From: Bdellovibrionota bacterium
Lineage (GTDB): Bacteria; Bdellovibrionota_C; UBA2361; JBGSMV01
Assembly: GCA_041739995.1 (NCBI GenBank)
Contig: JBGSMV010000015.1
Coordinates: 75,854-139,853, forward strand
Length of the DNA: 64,000 nucleotides
Reading direction: 5' to 3'
In this document: positions 39,679 to 48,629 of the stretch, piece after piece
How the letters are laid out: every line of letters begins with the position of its first letter
Position numbering within the stretch: position 1 is the stretch's first letter
Notes under the pieces: generated by a model
Told to the model about the DNA's origin: nothing
The model's input: the letters and a program-made list of their open reading frames with translations, nothing else
Databases searched by the model: none
Position numbers and translations under genes: made by a program

Positions 39679-39949
39679 ACGGAGGGGCTATCAGGTAAAG
39701 GCGCCTGCTAAGATAGAGAGTTCCTTCGTTCTTGAATCATATTGGTTTTAGGACGAAGGGCTCTTGCTGAGCATAACTGCAACATCGAGATTCTAATCCT
39801 GAATTCACTTAATCGCCTTTGTCCCTCCCCGTTCTGATGCCTGTGTGTGTCCACAGTCCTATGGTGGCAAACTGCCGAGTTAGGAATCGCTTCAGCGATC
39901 TAGGTGTCGCACAATACCGCCGGAACCCTTAGTATCGAGTCGGACTCTT

Positions 39950-40954
39950 ATGCTCATCCGCTCCTCCGGCCACATTTCTGATGGATTTTTCCTCTTTAGC
40001 TTAGGGGAGAGTTGCCACTATGCGCTGGCGGCTCTCAATCCTCACACACTTGATGACGATTCTTCCCCTCAGAGTGCGCCTTCTCTTAGTGAGACCTTTT
40101 CACCGGCTGCAATCCCTCCTGCTCGCATCGAGAACGTGCCTTTCGTCGTTTTCGACCCCGGCACTACTGCACATGCTCAACAACTGGCTCAGCGATTTAC
40201 TCAGGCGGGGCTCAAAATTGAAAATTTAAGCCTGATCTTGCTTACTCATCTGCATCCGGAGAGATGCGCAGGAGCTTCCTGGCTCGCAAGCAGAGCAGGC
40301 AACGCTAAAGTCGTAGGATCTTCACAAATGGCAGCCGCACTTCGTAACTCCGAAGTTTGCCAAGCCTTGCTTGATGCGGATTTAGGCTGGTCAAAGGAAT
40401 TCGGAATCGTGGCAACTCCTCCTAATAAGAAGATTGCGCCGCTAACGATTCATGAAGAGGTAATGGACGGTGAAATACTTGGCGTTGGTGACGACGTCAC
40501 TATACGCGTCCTGAATTCTCCGGGGCACACCGCTGAGTCTTTGTGGTACCTCATTCAACCTCACGGAATTCTTATCGGAGACGATCTAATCGGGCACTAC
40601 CGTGGGCGCTCACCCCCTACTCCTGCTGCCGATTTTGACTTTGAGGGAGCGCAGGCCAGCCTGAAGCGCCTTGAACGAGTGGCCTGGTCTGGAATCGGAC
40701 TTCCATTTAATGGACTCCTGGTTGGAAAGCCCGCTCGCGGGTTTCCGAAGCAAGTAGCTACCGTCCTAGAAGAAGTAAAAGCTCAAATCGAACACGCAAA
40801 AAGTAACGGAATTTCCGCAGAAGAAATTAGGGCAGCTCTTCAAGAGCAGCTCTTTTCTAGTTTATCGAGAGACCCAGTATTGCGTGCAACTCGCGAGCGC
40901 TCACTGTCGTGCGTGCTAAAGATGTTCTCCGTCGAGGCCCCTCAAAACAGCTAG
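39950..40954 (+). CDS. MBL-fold hydrolase-like protein (degenerate metal motif)
   Basis: VFDPG, LLTHLHPERC, SPGHT, LIGDD. Confidence 0.8.
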   Translation: MLIRSSGHISDGFFLFSLGESCHYALAALNPHTLDDDSSPQSAPSLSETFSPAAIPPARIENVPFVVFDPGTTAHAQQLAQRFTQAGLKIENLSLILLTHLHPERCAGASWLASRAGNAKVVGSSQMAAALRNSEVCQALLDADLGWSKEFGIVATPPNKKIAPLTIHEEVMDGEILGVGDDVTIRVLNSPGHTAESLWYLIQPHGILIGDDLIGHYRGRSPPTPAADFDFEGAQASLKRLERVAWSGIGLPFNGLLVGKPARGFPKQVATVLEEVKAQIEHAKSNGISAEEIRAALQEQLFSSLSRDPVLRATRERSLSCVLKMFSVEAPQNS

Positions 40955-40974
40955 CGCCGATGTGCAATGATAGA

Positions 40975-42135
40975 CTACCAATAGAGTCTCGCCAGCACGA
41001 GCGCATGATCTGACGCCTCTTCGGGTGTGAAAACGAGCTCGCTGTCGAAATCTCCCTCCTTAAGGTCAGACTTCCACGCGTATCCAAGAGTCGCGCTGGG
41101 TAGCAGGATATCATCCAGCCAAAATTGTCTCTTCCCTAGACGGTAGGTTCCTCCCATCAGCTTGGTCTCTGGGTCTAAAGTAAGAACACTTGTAAGTATC
41201 GGCGCTTTTGCGACATTTCCCTGGCAAAGGGGAGTGCCACGCTTCCCTAGTCGACATGGCGCACCAGTTTGAAAATCGCTGAGGGCGAGCGTGCCATCAA
41301 GTAGCTTGGCTGTTGCGCTATCAAAGTCGGTGTTTCTATCGCCCATCACCACAAGAATACCGCCTGAACCCCCGAGCGAGTCTTTATGCCGCTCAATGAT
41401 GATTCTGCGCAGCGCCTCAGCCATCTCCATGCGGTATGTTTCCCAGCCAAGCCCACTTGGGTCATCTCCTCCACCGGCGCGCGACTTAAAATGGAAATTC
41501 ACCACGGTCAGAATCTGACGCTTGCCCTCGCCACGCGGCTTGATGGCAATCTGCATTTCCAATGGACCTCTCCCAAAGAACCTTGGCTTTTGGTCTTCGC
41601 TCAGCTTTGGGAGCTCCGCTCTGTGGTAGGAGACCACGTTCTCGATAGAGCCACGGTCCGCCGCAACCAGGATTGCATTACGCATGCCTTCATCGTTTGA
41701 AGACCCCACCTTGCCGATAAAAGTCCTCCCTGAGCCCTTCTTTAGTGCATCGGCAAAAAGCTTGAGCACCTCTTCGCCACGCTCATCAGTACGAGAAATA
41801 ATTTCCTGCACTGCGATAACGTCGCATCGCGCACTCACCATTCTGTGCACAAGCGCAATCTCTTTGTCGCGATACGCTTGTTCCGACACTCCGCGTAACT
41901 TGGACCTGACTTCAGAATAGCGCCCGTACATTTGCAAGTTCTGGCTACAGACCGTTAGTTGAGGCACTCGCTCTGGAGCATCATCAAAAGCCTCCAGATT
42001 AGCGCGCGTTTGGGCAAGCGCCGCACCAGCACTGCACAGGCCACCAATACACAGGCCACCCATACACAGTCCAACAAAAGACAGCGTCAACGCCTGCAAA
42101 CGGTTTCGTAAAAAAGAAGGGCTCGAGTGTTTCAT
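40975..42135 (-). CDS. Exported endonuclease/exonuclease/phosphatase (EEP) family protein
   Basis: SQNL, DVIAVQEI, NFHFKS, VMGDRN, LDDIL, ASDHALV; N-terminal signal. Confidence 0.88.
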   Translation of the reverse strand: MKHSSPSFLRNRLQALTLSFVGLCMGGLCIGGLCSAGAALAQTRANLEAFDDAPERVPQLTVCSQNLQMYGRYSEVRSKLRGVSEQAYRDKEIALVHRMVSARCDVIAVQEIISRTDERGEEVLKLFADALKKGSGRTFIGKVGSSNDEGMRNAILVAADRGSIENVVSYHRAELPKLSEDQKPRFFGRGPLEMQIAIKPRGEGKRQILTVVNFHFKSRAGGGDDPSGLGWETYRMEMAEALRRIIIERHKDSLGGSGGILVVMGDRNTDFDSATAKLLDGTLALSDFQTGAPCRLGKRGTPLCQGNVAKAPILTSVLTLDPETKLMGGTYRLGKRQFWLDDILLPSATLGYAWKSDLKEGDFDSELVFTPEEASDHALVLARLYW

Positions 42136-42764
42136 TGGTTCACCTTAAGTCGCGGAGTTCGCTTCACTAGAGACTCAAACACCACCTCTGCTGAAAGCCC
42201 ACTCGCCTTAGCGGTCTGTATTCTTGCCAGAGCTACGCTCCCCACCAAAATCGCATCTACGATGTCTTGATGCCTTTGCAACTCGCTTTCCTCTGTAGGA
42301 AATCCCATGGCGCTCAACTCTTTGTGATAGAGTGTCGCCACCACTCGCACCGCCGAAGCTTTTATCTGATCACGGGGTAACTGCTTGCCTCGCAGCCCCA
42401 TCATTTCACTATGAACACTTCGCGGATTGACCCGACCAGGCACCACCAACTTTCGTTGCCTTGCGAGAGTCTCAAACAGGGCTCTAACTTGCTCGACCAA
42501 AAGCGCAGCACGCGGGTCCTTCATCGTGGTAGGCGCTTCACACACCAAAAAATCATCCTGGTTCAGCTTAAGGTCCTCAAGACAGGTAGAAAAACGCTCC
42601 TGAAGATTCCTTAGCCTTTCGGCCAACGGTCTATGCGGAGGCAATGACCGAAGCTTCCCGACGGCAACTAGGCGCTGACTTCCAATCGAAAACAGCGCCC
42701 ACCCCGAACACGTCAGACTCGGGTCCACAGACATAAGCCGAGCAACCTCGGGCGACCCTGACAT
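42132..42764 (-). CDS. ruvC: Holliday junction resolvase RuvC-like
   Basis: MSVDPSLTCSGW, LAERL, VCEAP, DIVDAILV acidic catalytic pattern. Confidence 0.8.
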   Translation of the reverse strand: MSGSPEVARLMSVDPSLTCSGWALFSIGSQRLVAVGKLRSLPPHRPLAERLRNLQERFSTCLEDLKLNQDDFLVCEAPTTMKDPRAALLVEQVRALFETLARQRKLVVPGRVNPRSVHSEMMGLRGKQLPRDQIKASAVRVVATLYHKELSAMGFPTEESELQRHQDIVDAILVGSVALARIQTAKASGLSAEVVFESLVKRTPRLKVNQ

Positions 42765-43101
42765 ATACCTCAACTCCTTGGAAGTCTTAAGCTTATCTTC
42801 GTACGCCGCACTGCTGAACAGCCACCCACTCCGAAGGTTCTTCTATAAGACCCTAGATTCGGCTCAATTAGTCTGACCTCGGACGTCCTCGACTTCCACC
42901 TCGTAAAAGATGCCCTATGATGCCCCAAAGAATGGACCCCAAAAGCAATGAATTACCGGGCTCAAGTATACGGGCGCCTAAATCCCCCCACAACGTTCTA
43001 TTCGGGCCTCTAGGCTCTACTGACATCCTCACTCCCGCAGTTCCATGCATAATCTTGCTGTGTTACACCCTTATCGTCGAATAGCTCGTTAAGTTTCTCA
43101 T

Positions 43102-44049
43102 ATGGATCAAGAACTTCTTTCTGATTTGTACCGTCGTATGTCCCGAATTCGGCGTTTCGAGGAAGAGGCCGCGCGCCTCTACACCGAGCGCAAGATCGGA
43201 GGGTTTCTTCACCTTTATATTGGACAAGAGGCCGTCGCCGTCGGAGCTTCCTCCGTCCTTGAAGCCAAGGACTTCTTCATTACCGCCTATCGTTGTCACG
43301 GCCACTACCTTGCCCGCGGGGGAACTTCCCGCGCTGGCATGGCAGAACTTATGGGCAAAGACACGGGCTGCTCGCGCGGTCGCGGCGGCTCGATGCACTT
43401 CTACGACGCCGCTTTAAACTTTATGGGAGGATGGGGCATCGTAGGTGCCCACCTTCCAGTCGCCGCCGGAGTCGCATTTGCCCAAAAGTACCGCGATAGC
43501 GATGCGGTGACGATTTGCTTCCTCGGCGATGGTGCGATCAACATTGGCTGTTTTCACGAAGGAATGTCACTCGCCGCACTTTGGAACTTACCCGTCATTT
43601 TCGTGATCGAGAACAACTACTTCGCAATGGGCACGCCGCTCTCGAAAACTTGCCCAACTGAAGATCTTTCAATCCGCGCGCTTGGATATCCCATGGCGCG
43701 CGCCAGCGTGGATGGCCACGACGTATTCGCAGTGCGTTCAACAATTCACACCGCTGCAAAGCGCGCCCGAGAACAGCGCATGCCAACGCTCATTGAGGCT
43801 AAGACCTATAGATATCGTGGGCACTCGATGGCGGACCCCGCAAAATATAGGACAGAGGCCGACGTCGAAGAATGGAAGCAACGCGACCCGATTCGCGTAC
43901 TAGGCGAGAAGCTTGATAGCTTAGGCTTCTCTGAAACGCGGCAACGCATTGACCGCGAGATTGAAGACGAAATTAATGACGCAGTACAGTTCGCTGAGAA
44001 CTCTCCGTTCCCAAGCGCAGACTCCGTCGCCGAATACGTTTATACATAG
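43102..44049 (+). CDS. pdhA: Pyruvate dehydrogenase E1 alpha
   Basis: KIGGFLHLYIGQEA, GRGGSMH, TPP motif GDGA...ENN, YRYRGHSMADP. Confidence 0.95.
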   Translation: MDQELLSDLYRRMSRIRRFEEEAARLYTERKIGGFLHLYIGQEAVAVGASSVLEAKDFFITAYRCHGHYLARGGTSRAGMAELMGKDTGCSRGRGGSMHFYDAALNFMGGWGIVGAHLPVAAGVAFAQKYRDSDAVTICFLGDGAINIGCFHEGMSLAALWNLPVIFVIENNYFAMGTPLSKTCPTEDLSIRALGYPMARASVDGHDVFAVRSTIHTAAKRAREQRMPTLIEAKTYRYRGHSMADPAKYRTEADVEEWKQRDPIRVLGEKLDSLGFSETRQRIDREIEDEINDAVQFAENSPFPSADSVAEYVYT

Positions 44050-44064
44050 TTTAGGTAGTGTCGT

Positions 44065-45075
44065 ATGGGAGAAGCCGCTCCACAAAGCGCTCCGCGTGAA
44101 ATTGCAATTCGTGACGCCATTCGAGAGGCCATGTCAGAAGAGATGCGAAGGGATGACCGCGTCTTTCTCATGGGCGAAGAAGTTGGTTCCTATAACGGTG
44201 CCTACAAATGTTCGCGAGGCATGCTCGATGAGTTTGGCGCCAAACGAGTAGTAGACACCCCTATCGCCGAGAACGGTTTTACCGGTGCCGGAATCGGTGC
44301 GGCAATGGCAGGCCTCAGGCCGATCATTGAGTTCATGACCTTTAACTTCTCTCTGATAGCAATTGATCAAATTCTGAACACCGCCGCCAAAGCGCGCCTC
44401 ATGTCGGCCGGACAGCTTCAGTGTCCGATAGTATTTCGTGGCGCGGGGGGGGCGGCGTTCCAGTTGGGCGCTCAACACGCCAACTCATTCGATCACTTTT
44501 ACGCATACACACCAGGCCTTGTGGTCGTTGCCCCAGCCACTCCCTACGACATGAAAGGCTTACTAAAAAGCAGCATTCGAAACGACAATCCGGTAGTTTT
44601 CTTTGAGTCTGAGCTCACTTATTCGATGAAGGGCGTGGTGCCTGAAGAGGAGTACCTAGTTCCAATTGGCGTTGCTGACGTTAAGCGCGAAGGTACAGAC
44701 ATCACCCTTATCTCTTGGGGAAGAAGTGTGTTTCTTACCCTCGAGGTCGCTGCTGAGCTTGAGAGCCAAGGAATTTCTGCAGAAGTTATCGACCTTCGAA
44801 CCCTCAGACCTTTAGATCGCGATGCAGTACTGCGCTCAGTGGCAAAAACCCACCGCGCTCTAGTGATTCAGGAGCAGCATCAAGTCGCAAGTTATGGCGC
44901 ATGGCTCAGCCACCTAATCACCTCTGAAATTTTTGACGAATTGGACGCTCCGGTGGGATTAATCTCCTCACTTGAGATCCCGATGCCATACTCCAAACCA
45001 TTAGAAGCAATTGTACTACCATCCAAAGAGCGCTGTATCGCTGAGGCAATGAAGATTCTTGAGGGCGCGCGCTAG
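44065..45075 (+). CDS. pdhB: Pyruvate dehydrogenase E1 beta
   Basis: MGEEVGSYNGAYK, DTPIAE, EFMTFNFS, IDLRTLRPLD. Confidence 0.95.
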   Translation: MGEAAPQSAPREIAIRDAIREAMSEEMRRDDRVFLMGEEVGSYNGAYKCSRGMLDEFGAKRVVDTPIAENGFTGAGIGAAMAGLRPIIEFMTFNFSLIAIDQILNTAAKARLMSAGQLQCPIVFRGAGGAAFQLGAQHANSFDHFYAYTPGLVVVAPATPYDMKGLLKSSIRNDNPVVFFESELTYSMKGVVPEEEYLVPIGVADVKREGTDITLISWGRSVFLTLEVAAELESQGISAEVIDLRTLRPLDRDAVLRSVAKTHRALVIQEQHQVASYGAWLSHLITSEIFDELDAPVGLISSLEIPMPYSKPLEAIVLPSKERCIAEAMKILEGAR

Positions 45076-45596
45076 TGCCCGCGCTTGCGTTTAATGGCCA
45101 CATCCCTGCTGAGGGAGAAAATCTGTTTCTTGCGCCTGATGCCTGGTTGATTGGAGACGTGACAGTCGGCAAGAATGTGTCCGTCTTTTTTGGAGCAGTA
45201 GCCCGTGGCGACATTCTCCCTATTCGCATCGGGGACAGCACCAATATTCAAGAGCATGCCATGCTTCACTCTTCTCATGGGCTGAAGCCCTGCGAGGTTG
45301 GAGAACGAGTTACCGTCGGCCATCGAGCCATTTTGCATGGATGCCGCATCGAAGAGCGTTGCATCATTGGCATGGGCGCAACAGTGCTTGACGGTGCGGT
45401 GGTTGGTGCTCAATCAATCATTGGCGCTCAGACACTAGTTCCGATGAACATGGTGATTCCACCTCGCTCCCTCGTCATGGGAGTTCCTGCTAAGGTGAAG
45501 AGAACCCTAGGCGACGACGAACTTGCGCAACTAGACGATTCCGCAGCACGATACATGGAACTTGGCAGCGAGTATCGAAAGGTGTTTCGCGTATGA
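45075..45596 (+). CDS. Gamma carbonic anhydrase family (YrdA/PaaY-like) protein
   Basis: Hexapeptide repeats; ARGD, TNIQEHAMLH, VTVGHRAILHGC. Confidence 0.92.
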   Translation: MPALAFNGHIPAEGENLFLAPDAWLIGDVTVGKNVSVFFGAVARGDILPIRIGDSTNIQEHAMLHSSHGLKPCEVGERVTVGHRAILHGCRIEERCIIGMGATVLDGAVVGAQSIIGAQTLVPMNMVIPPRSLVMGVPAKVKRTLGDDELAQLDDSAARYMELGSEYRKVFRV

Positions 45597-46129
45597 TTCA
45601 GCAGGGCCTTCGCCCGTTATCTTATTTCCTGGTTCTCATTTCCGTTTTGCTTGTGTGCCCTTTTGCCAATGCTCAAGACGTCACAGAAGATGCCCCTTCT
45701 CTCTTGGCCTCCTCAGCTCGCATCGAAAGACAACAGATTGTGAGCTCGCTGGACCGCAAGGCTGCCGAAGCCAAGAATTTGTATGGTATTGATGTGAGTG
45801 TAATGGGAGCTCTTGAAGCGTGTGCGCCTCTCGATGCATCAGTCGAGACTTGCAGCCAGGCCGCTGAAAAAATCTCGCTAGAGATTGACGCCGAGGTCGA
45901 GCGCGAGATTAGGCTCAGGCAATTGCAGGACCCAAATACGCCTGTTCCTCAAGTTAATGTGACCATTATCGAGCAGCATGACACTGTGATATTTCCGCCA
46001 CACCGGAACCGCCCTACCCGATTACCCGATCCCCCAGGCGAACCTCCCGCTCCAATTGTCAAACCCGGCTTGCAACCGCCGACTTGGCGCAATCCAATTC
46101 CGCCCTTTAAGAACCCCGTTCCCAGATAG
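45593..46129 (+). CDS. Hypothetical exported protein with Pro-rich tail
   Basis: Signal ending ANA; ATGA overlap with the upstream gene. Confidence 0.7.
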   Translation: MIQQGLRPLSYFLVLISVLLVCPFANAQDVTEDAPSLLASSARIERQQIVSSLDRKAAEAKNLYGIDVSVMGALEACAPLDASVETCSQAAEKISLEIDAEVEREIRLRQLQDPNTPVPQVNVTIIEQHDTVIFPPHRNRPTRLPDPPGEPPAPIVKPGLQPPTWRNPIPPFKNPVPR

Positions 46130-46168
46130 TAGTCTCCCTCAAGGCACTGCTGAGTACATGTAATTCTC

Positions 46169-46423
46169 CTAAGAACCATCCCCGAAGATATCCTGAAGAA
46201 GGCGGTCGAGGCGCTTTTTCTTTTTGATATCTCGAATTTGGGAGTGGAACAGCGACCAGAAAAGTGGCTGCGGCAGTCGCTCCCTCGTTCGTGACAATGC
46301 CGCAGAGGTGGAAAGGAGCCGCTCTATTTCCTTCGAAACTCCGCTCTTCACGGGGGCCTCTTTTTCTTCGGAACTCTTCACCGTGTCTGCTGTTGTTCCT
46401 TCTTCATCTCCGTGATCACTCAT
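46169..46423 (-). CDS. Small hypothetical protein
   Basis: 84-aa ORF; its ATG overlaps the stop of the 46420-46608 ORF. Confidence 0.5.
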   Translation of the reverse strand: MSDHGDEEGTTADTVKSSEEKEAPVKSGVSKEIERLLSTSAALSRTRERLPQPLFWSLFHSQIRDIKKKKRLDRLLQDIFGDGS

Positions 46424-46608
46424 TTTTCCACCCCTGATGGCTCACTACTTATCTTGAAGCCCACAAAATCGCTGGCGTACCTTCTAAGTATAGACATGAA
46501 TTGCTTCGTCGCCCTCTTGAAAAGAAGCCTGAAAAATACCGGGACTACATACTTTTTAATAACCCCCGAGATCCCTCGGGGCAGCGCTAACCCATGGCGA
46601 CGCCGCAC
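46420..46608 (-). CDS. Small basic hypothetical protein
   Basis: 62-aa ORF coupled (ATGA) to the downstream ORF; divergent from greB. Confidence 0.35.
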   Translation of the reverse strand: MRRRHGLALPRGISGVIKKYVVPVFFRLLFKRATKQFMSILRRYASDFVGFKISSEPSGVEK

Positions 46609-46717
46609 TAAATGCTACGGTGGACCTTTCTGGCTTTTAAACCTATTTTGCGGCTCTACGATGTACCATTTGCTCACAGGTAATTCTTTAGAGGCATTTT
46701 AGGATATACTAACCGCA

Positions 46718-47269
46718 ATGAATAAGGCCTTCCTTCCTGAAGACGCTCTCGAGAATCTCGATGAGCCATACGTTGCCCCCATTGTTTCGATGGAAAAGAA
46801 CTACATGACGCCGGCAGGTGCCGCGCGGCTTCGTAGTGAATTCGATAATCTCAAATTTAAGGAGCGCCCCGAAGTAGTAAAAGTTGTCGAATGGGCTGCG
46901 GGGAACGGAGACCGATCGGAGAACGGAGACTACTTATACGGGAAGCGCCGGCTGCGGGAAATCGACAAGCGGCTTCAGTACCTCTCAAAGCGACTTGAAA
47001 GCCTAGAAGTCATTGATCCTTCCTCCATTGTCTCCGATCAGGTGCGCTTCGGCGCCACCGTTAAAATTCGAGATGAGGATGACCGCGAAAAATCCTACTC
47101 GATCGTGGGAATAGACGAGGCCGACGCGGCCAACGGTCGCATTAGCTGGGTCTCCCCCGTGGCCCAGGCGCTTTTAAAGGGCAGAGTAGGCGATTATGTG
47201 CAGGTACGCGCACCAAAGGGGCTACAAGAAATTGAGATTGTCGCGATAGAGTACCTACAGGTAGCCTAG
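46718..47269 (+). CDS. greB: Transcription elongation factor GreB
   Basis: NYMTPAG, WAAGNGDRSENGDYLYGKRRLREID, ISWVSPVA. Confidence 0.95.
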   Translation: MNKAFLPEDALENLDEPYVAPIVSMEKNYMTPAGAARLRSEFDNLKFKERPEVVKVVEWAAGNGDRSENGDYLYGKRRLREIDKRLQYLSKRLESLEVIDPSSIVSDQVRFGATVKIRDEDDREKSYSIVGIDEADAANGRISWVSPVAQALLKGRVGDYVQVRAPKGLQEIEIVAIEYLQVA

Positions 47270-47289
47270 GTGCGGGCACGTCCGACCAG

Positions 47290-47468
47290 GCGTAATGCGG
47301 CAAAGGAAACACTCTCCTCAGGAGACGGCCTAATCCCTGATTCGGATTAGCCGAGAGGTCTCATTCTGAGTTGGCTGATGGTTCTGACTAAACGTTATGG
47401 GGCAGCTCCATACTGTCGTCAAAGAACCTTCCGAACTTGTCGCCATAGTTTCTTGCTGAGAGTTACGC
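47290..47468. ncRNA. Candidate ~180-nt structured ncRNA (family unassigned)
   Basis: Closing stem GCGTAA/TTACGC and CGGCAAAGGAAAC/GTTTCTTGCTG encloses two long hairpins; fills almost the entire intergenic space. Confidence 0.45.
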
Positions 47469-47474
47469 AGACGC

Positions 47475-48602
47475 ATGGATGCAATTATTTACATTATCTG
47501 GGTCAGTATCCCCATCACCTTGGTACTGCTCTCGATCTTGGTAGGCATTAGAACTGCTTTCGACGATTCCAAAGAACTCGATCGCAAACGGCCAAAGCGC
47601 ATCCTGCGAATGGCGAATGCCTTTGCATGCTACGCTGCCATTTGTGCGTCAATTGACCTCTACGTCCTTCAAGATATCGGCGAGTGGATTCCAGAATTTT
47701 ACCCGTCAGACCAGTTTATCCTGCTTGCACGCTTAGGAATGCTGCCCGTACTGGCGATCGCCGGCTCCTTTCTTCTGCTCGTTGCGCGAGCGATTCGCCC
47801 CAGACGAGGCTTTGACCGTCTTCAAATGGAGGTCAGAGGCTCAAGTCCTCTTTTCCTATTCATAGCGTTGGGAATAGTGGCTTTTGTGGTTTGGGAACGA
47901 AGCGAAGCTATTCGAGCGAGCTCGCTTGAATATCCACGCGGAACCTCGAGCTTTAATCAAACATCAAGGCCAACTTTTGGAAACGGCGACCAGGCCCCTT
48001 CTCAGTCTAAAAATAGCGCCGCCTCGAGTGATGGCCAAACTCAGGAGCGGGGGCTTTTTGAATCGCTCTCCGAAAACTTTTCATCCTTCACAAGCGATTT
48101 GTATGAGATGGTTGGTCTCGAACGCCCCGCTCCCTCTTATGAAACGCCCCAACCGATGCCCACACCCATTCCCGGAGATCGTCCTGATTTTAATTCTGAA
48201 GGGAGTCTCACCTTCGGCCCTGTAGTCGAAAAAGTTGCACTGGAAGAAGGCGTCGATCCTTCTTTGGTGCTGGCCTTGGTCGAAGCATCTTCAGGGTTTA
48301 ATGTGCGCTGGGAAGGAGTCGACGGCCACAAGGGCCTTATGGGCCTTCGTCCAGATTTGATGAGCGCGGTGGGCGATCGTGATTTCTTTAACGGATATCA
48401 AAACGTGCGCTTCGGCTGTCGCGAACTCAAACACATACTTGCTGCGAACAATGACGATATCGCTCTAGCGGTGGCCCGCTACCGAATGGGCCTTCAGGAG
48501 ATTGATTCTCTCTCCGATATCAAGGAAGGAAGTTTTCTATCCGAGTTTGTTGAAAAGGTGCTGGCAATTTACAAGATCGCAAAGGCACGCAATCGAACAT
48601 AG
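47475..48602 (+). CDS. Membrane-anchored SLT (lytic transglycosylase)-like domain protein
   Basis: Four N-terminal TM helices; GVDPSLVLALVEASSGFN, GLMGL, QNVRFG, ALAVARYRMG. Confidence 0.75.
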   Translation: MDAIIYIIWVSIPITLVLLSILVGIRTAFDDSKELDRKRPKRILRMANAFACYAAICASIDLYVLQDIGEWIPEFYPSDQFILLARLGMLPVLAIAGSFLLLVARAIRPRRGFDRLQMEVRGSSPLFLFIALGIVAFVVWERSEAIRASSLEYPRGTSSFNQTSRPTFGNGDQAPSQSKNSAASSDGQTQERGLFESLSENFSSFTSDLYEMVGLERPAPSYETPQPMPTPIPGDRPDFNSEGSLTFGPVVEKVALEEGVDPSLVLALVEASSGFNVRWEGVDGHKGLMGLRPDLMSAVGDRDFFNGYQNVRFGCRELKHILAANNDDIALAVARYRMGLQEIDSLSDIKEGSFLSEFVEKVLAIYKIAKARNRT

Positions 48603-48629
48603 GCTAAGAACCTACAACCACCGAAAGCA

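Noticed and set aside
47290..47468. Assignment as 6S RNA, SRP RNA or a known riboswitch
   Set aside because: Size fits 6S, but I could not see diagnostic conserved motifs; left unassigned pending cmscan.
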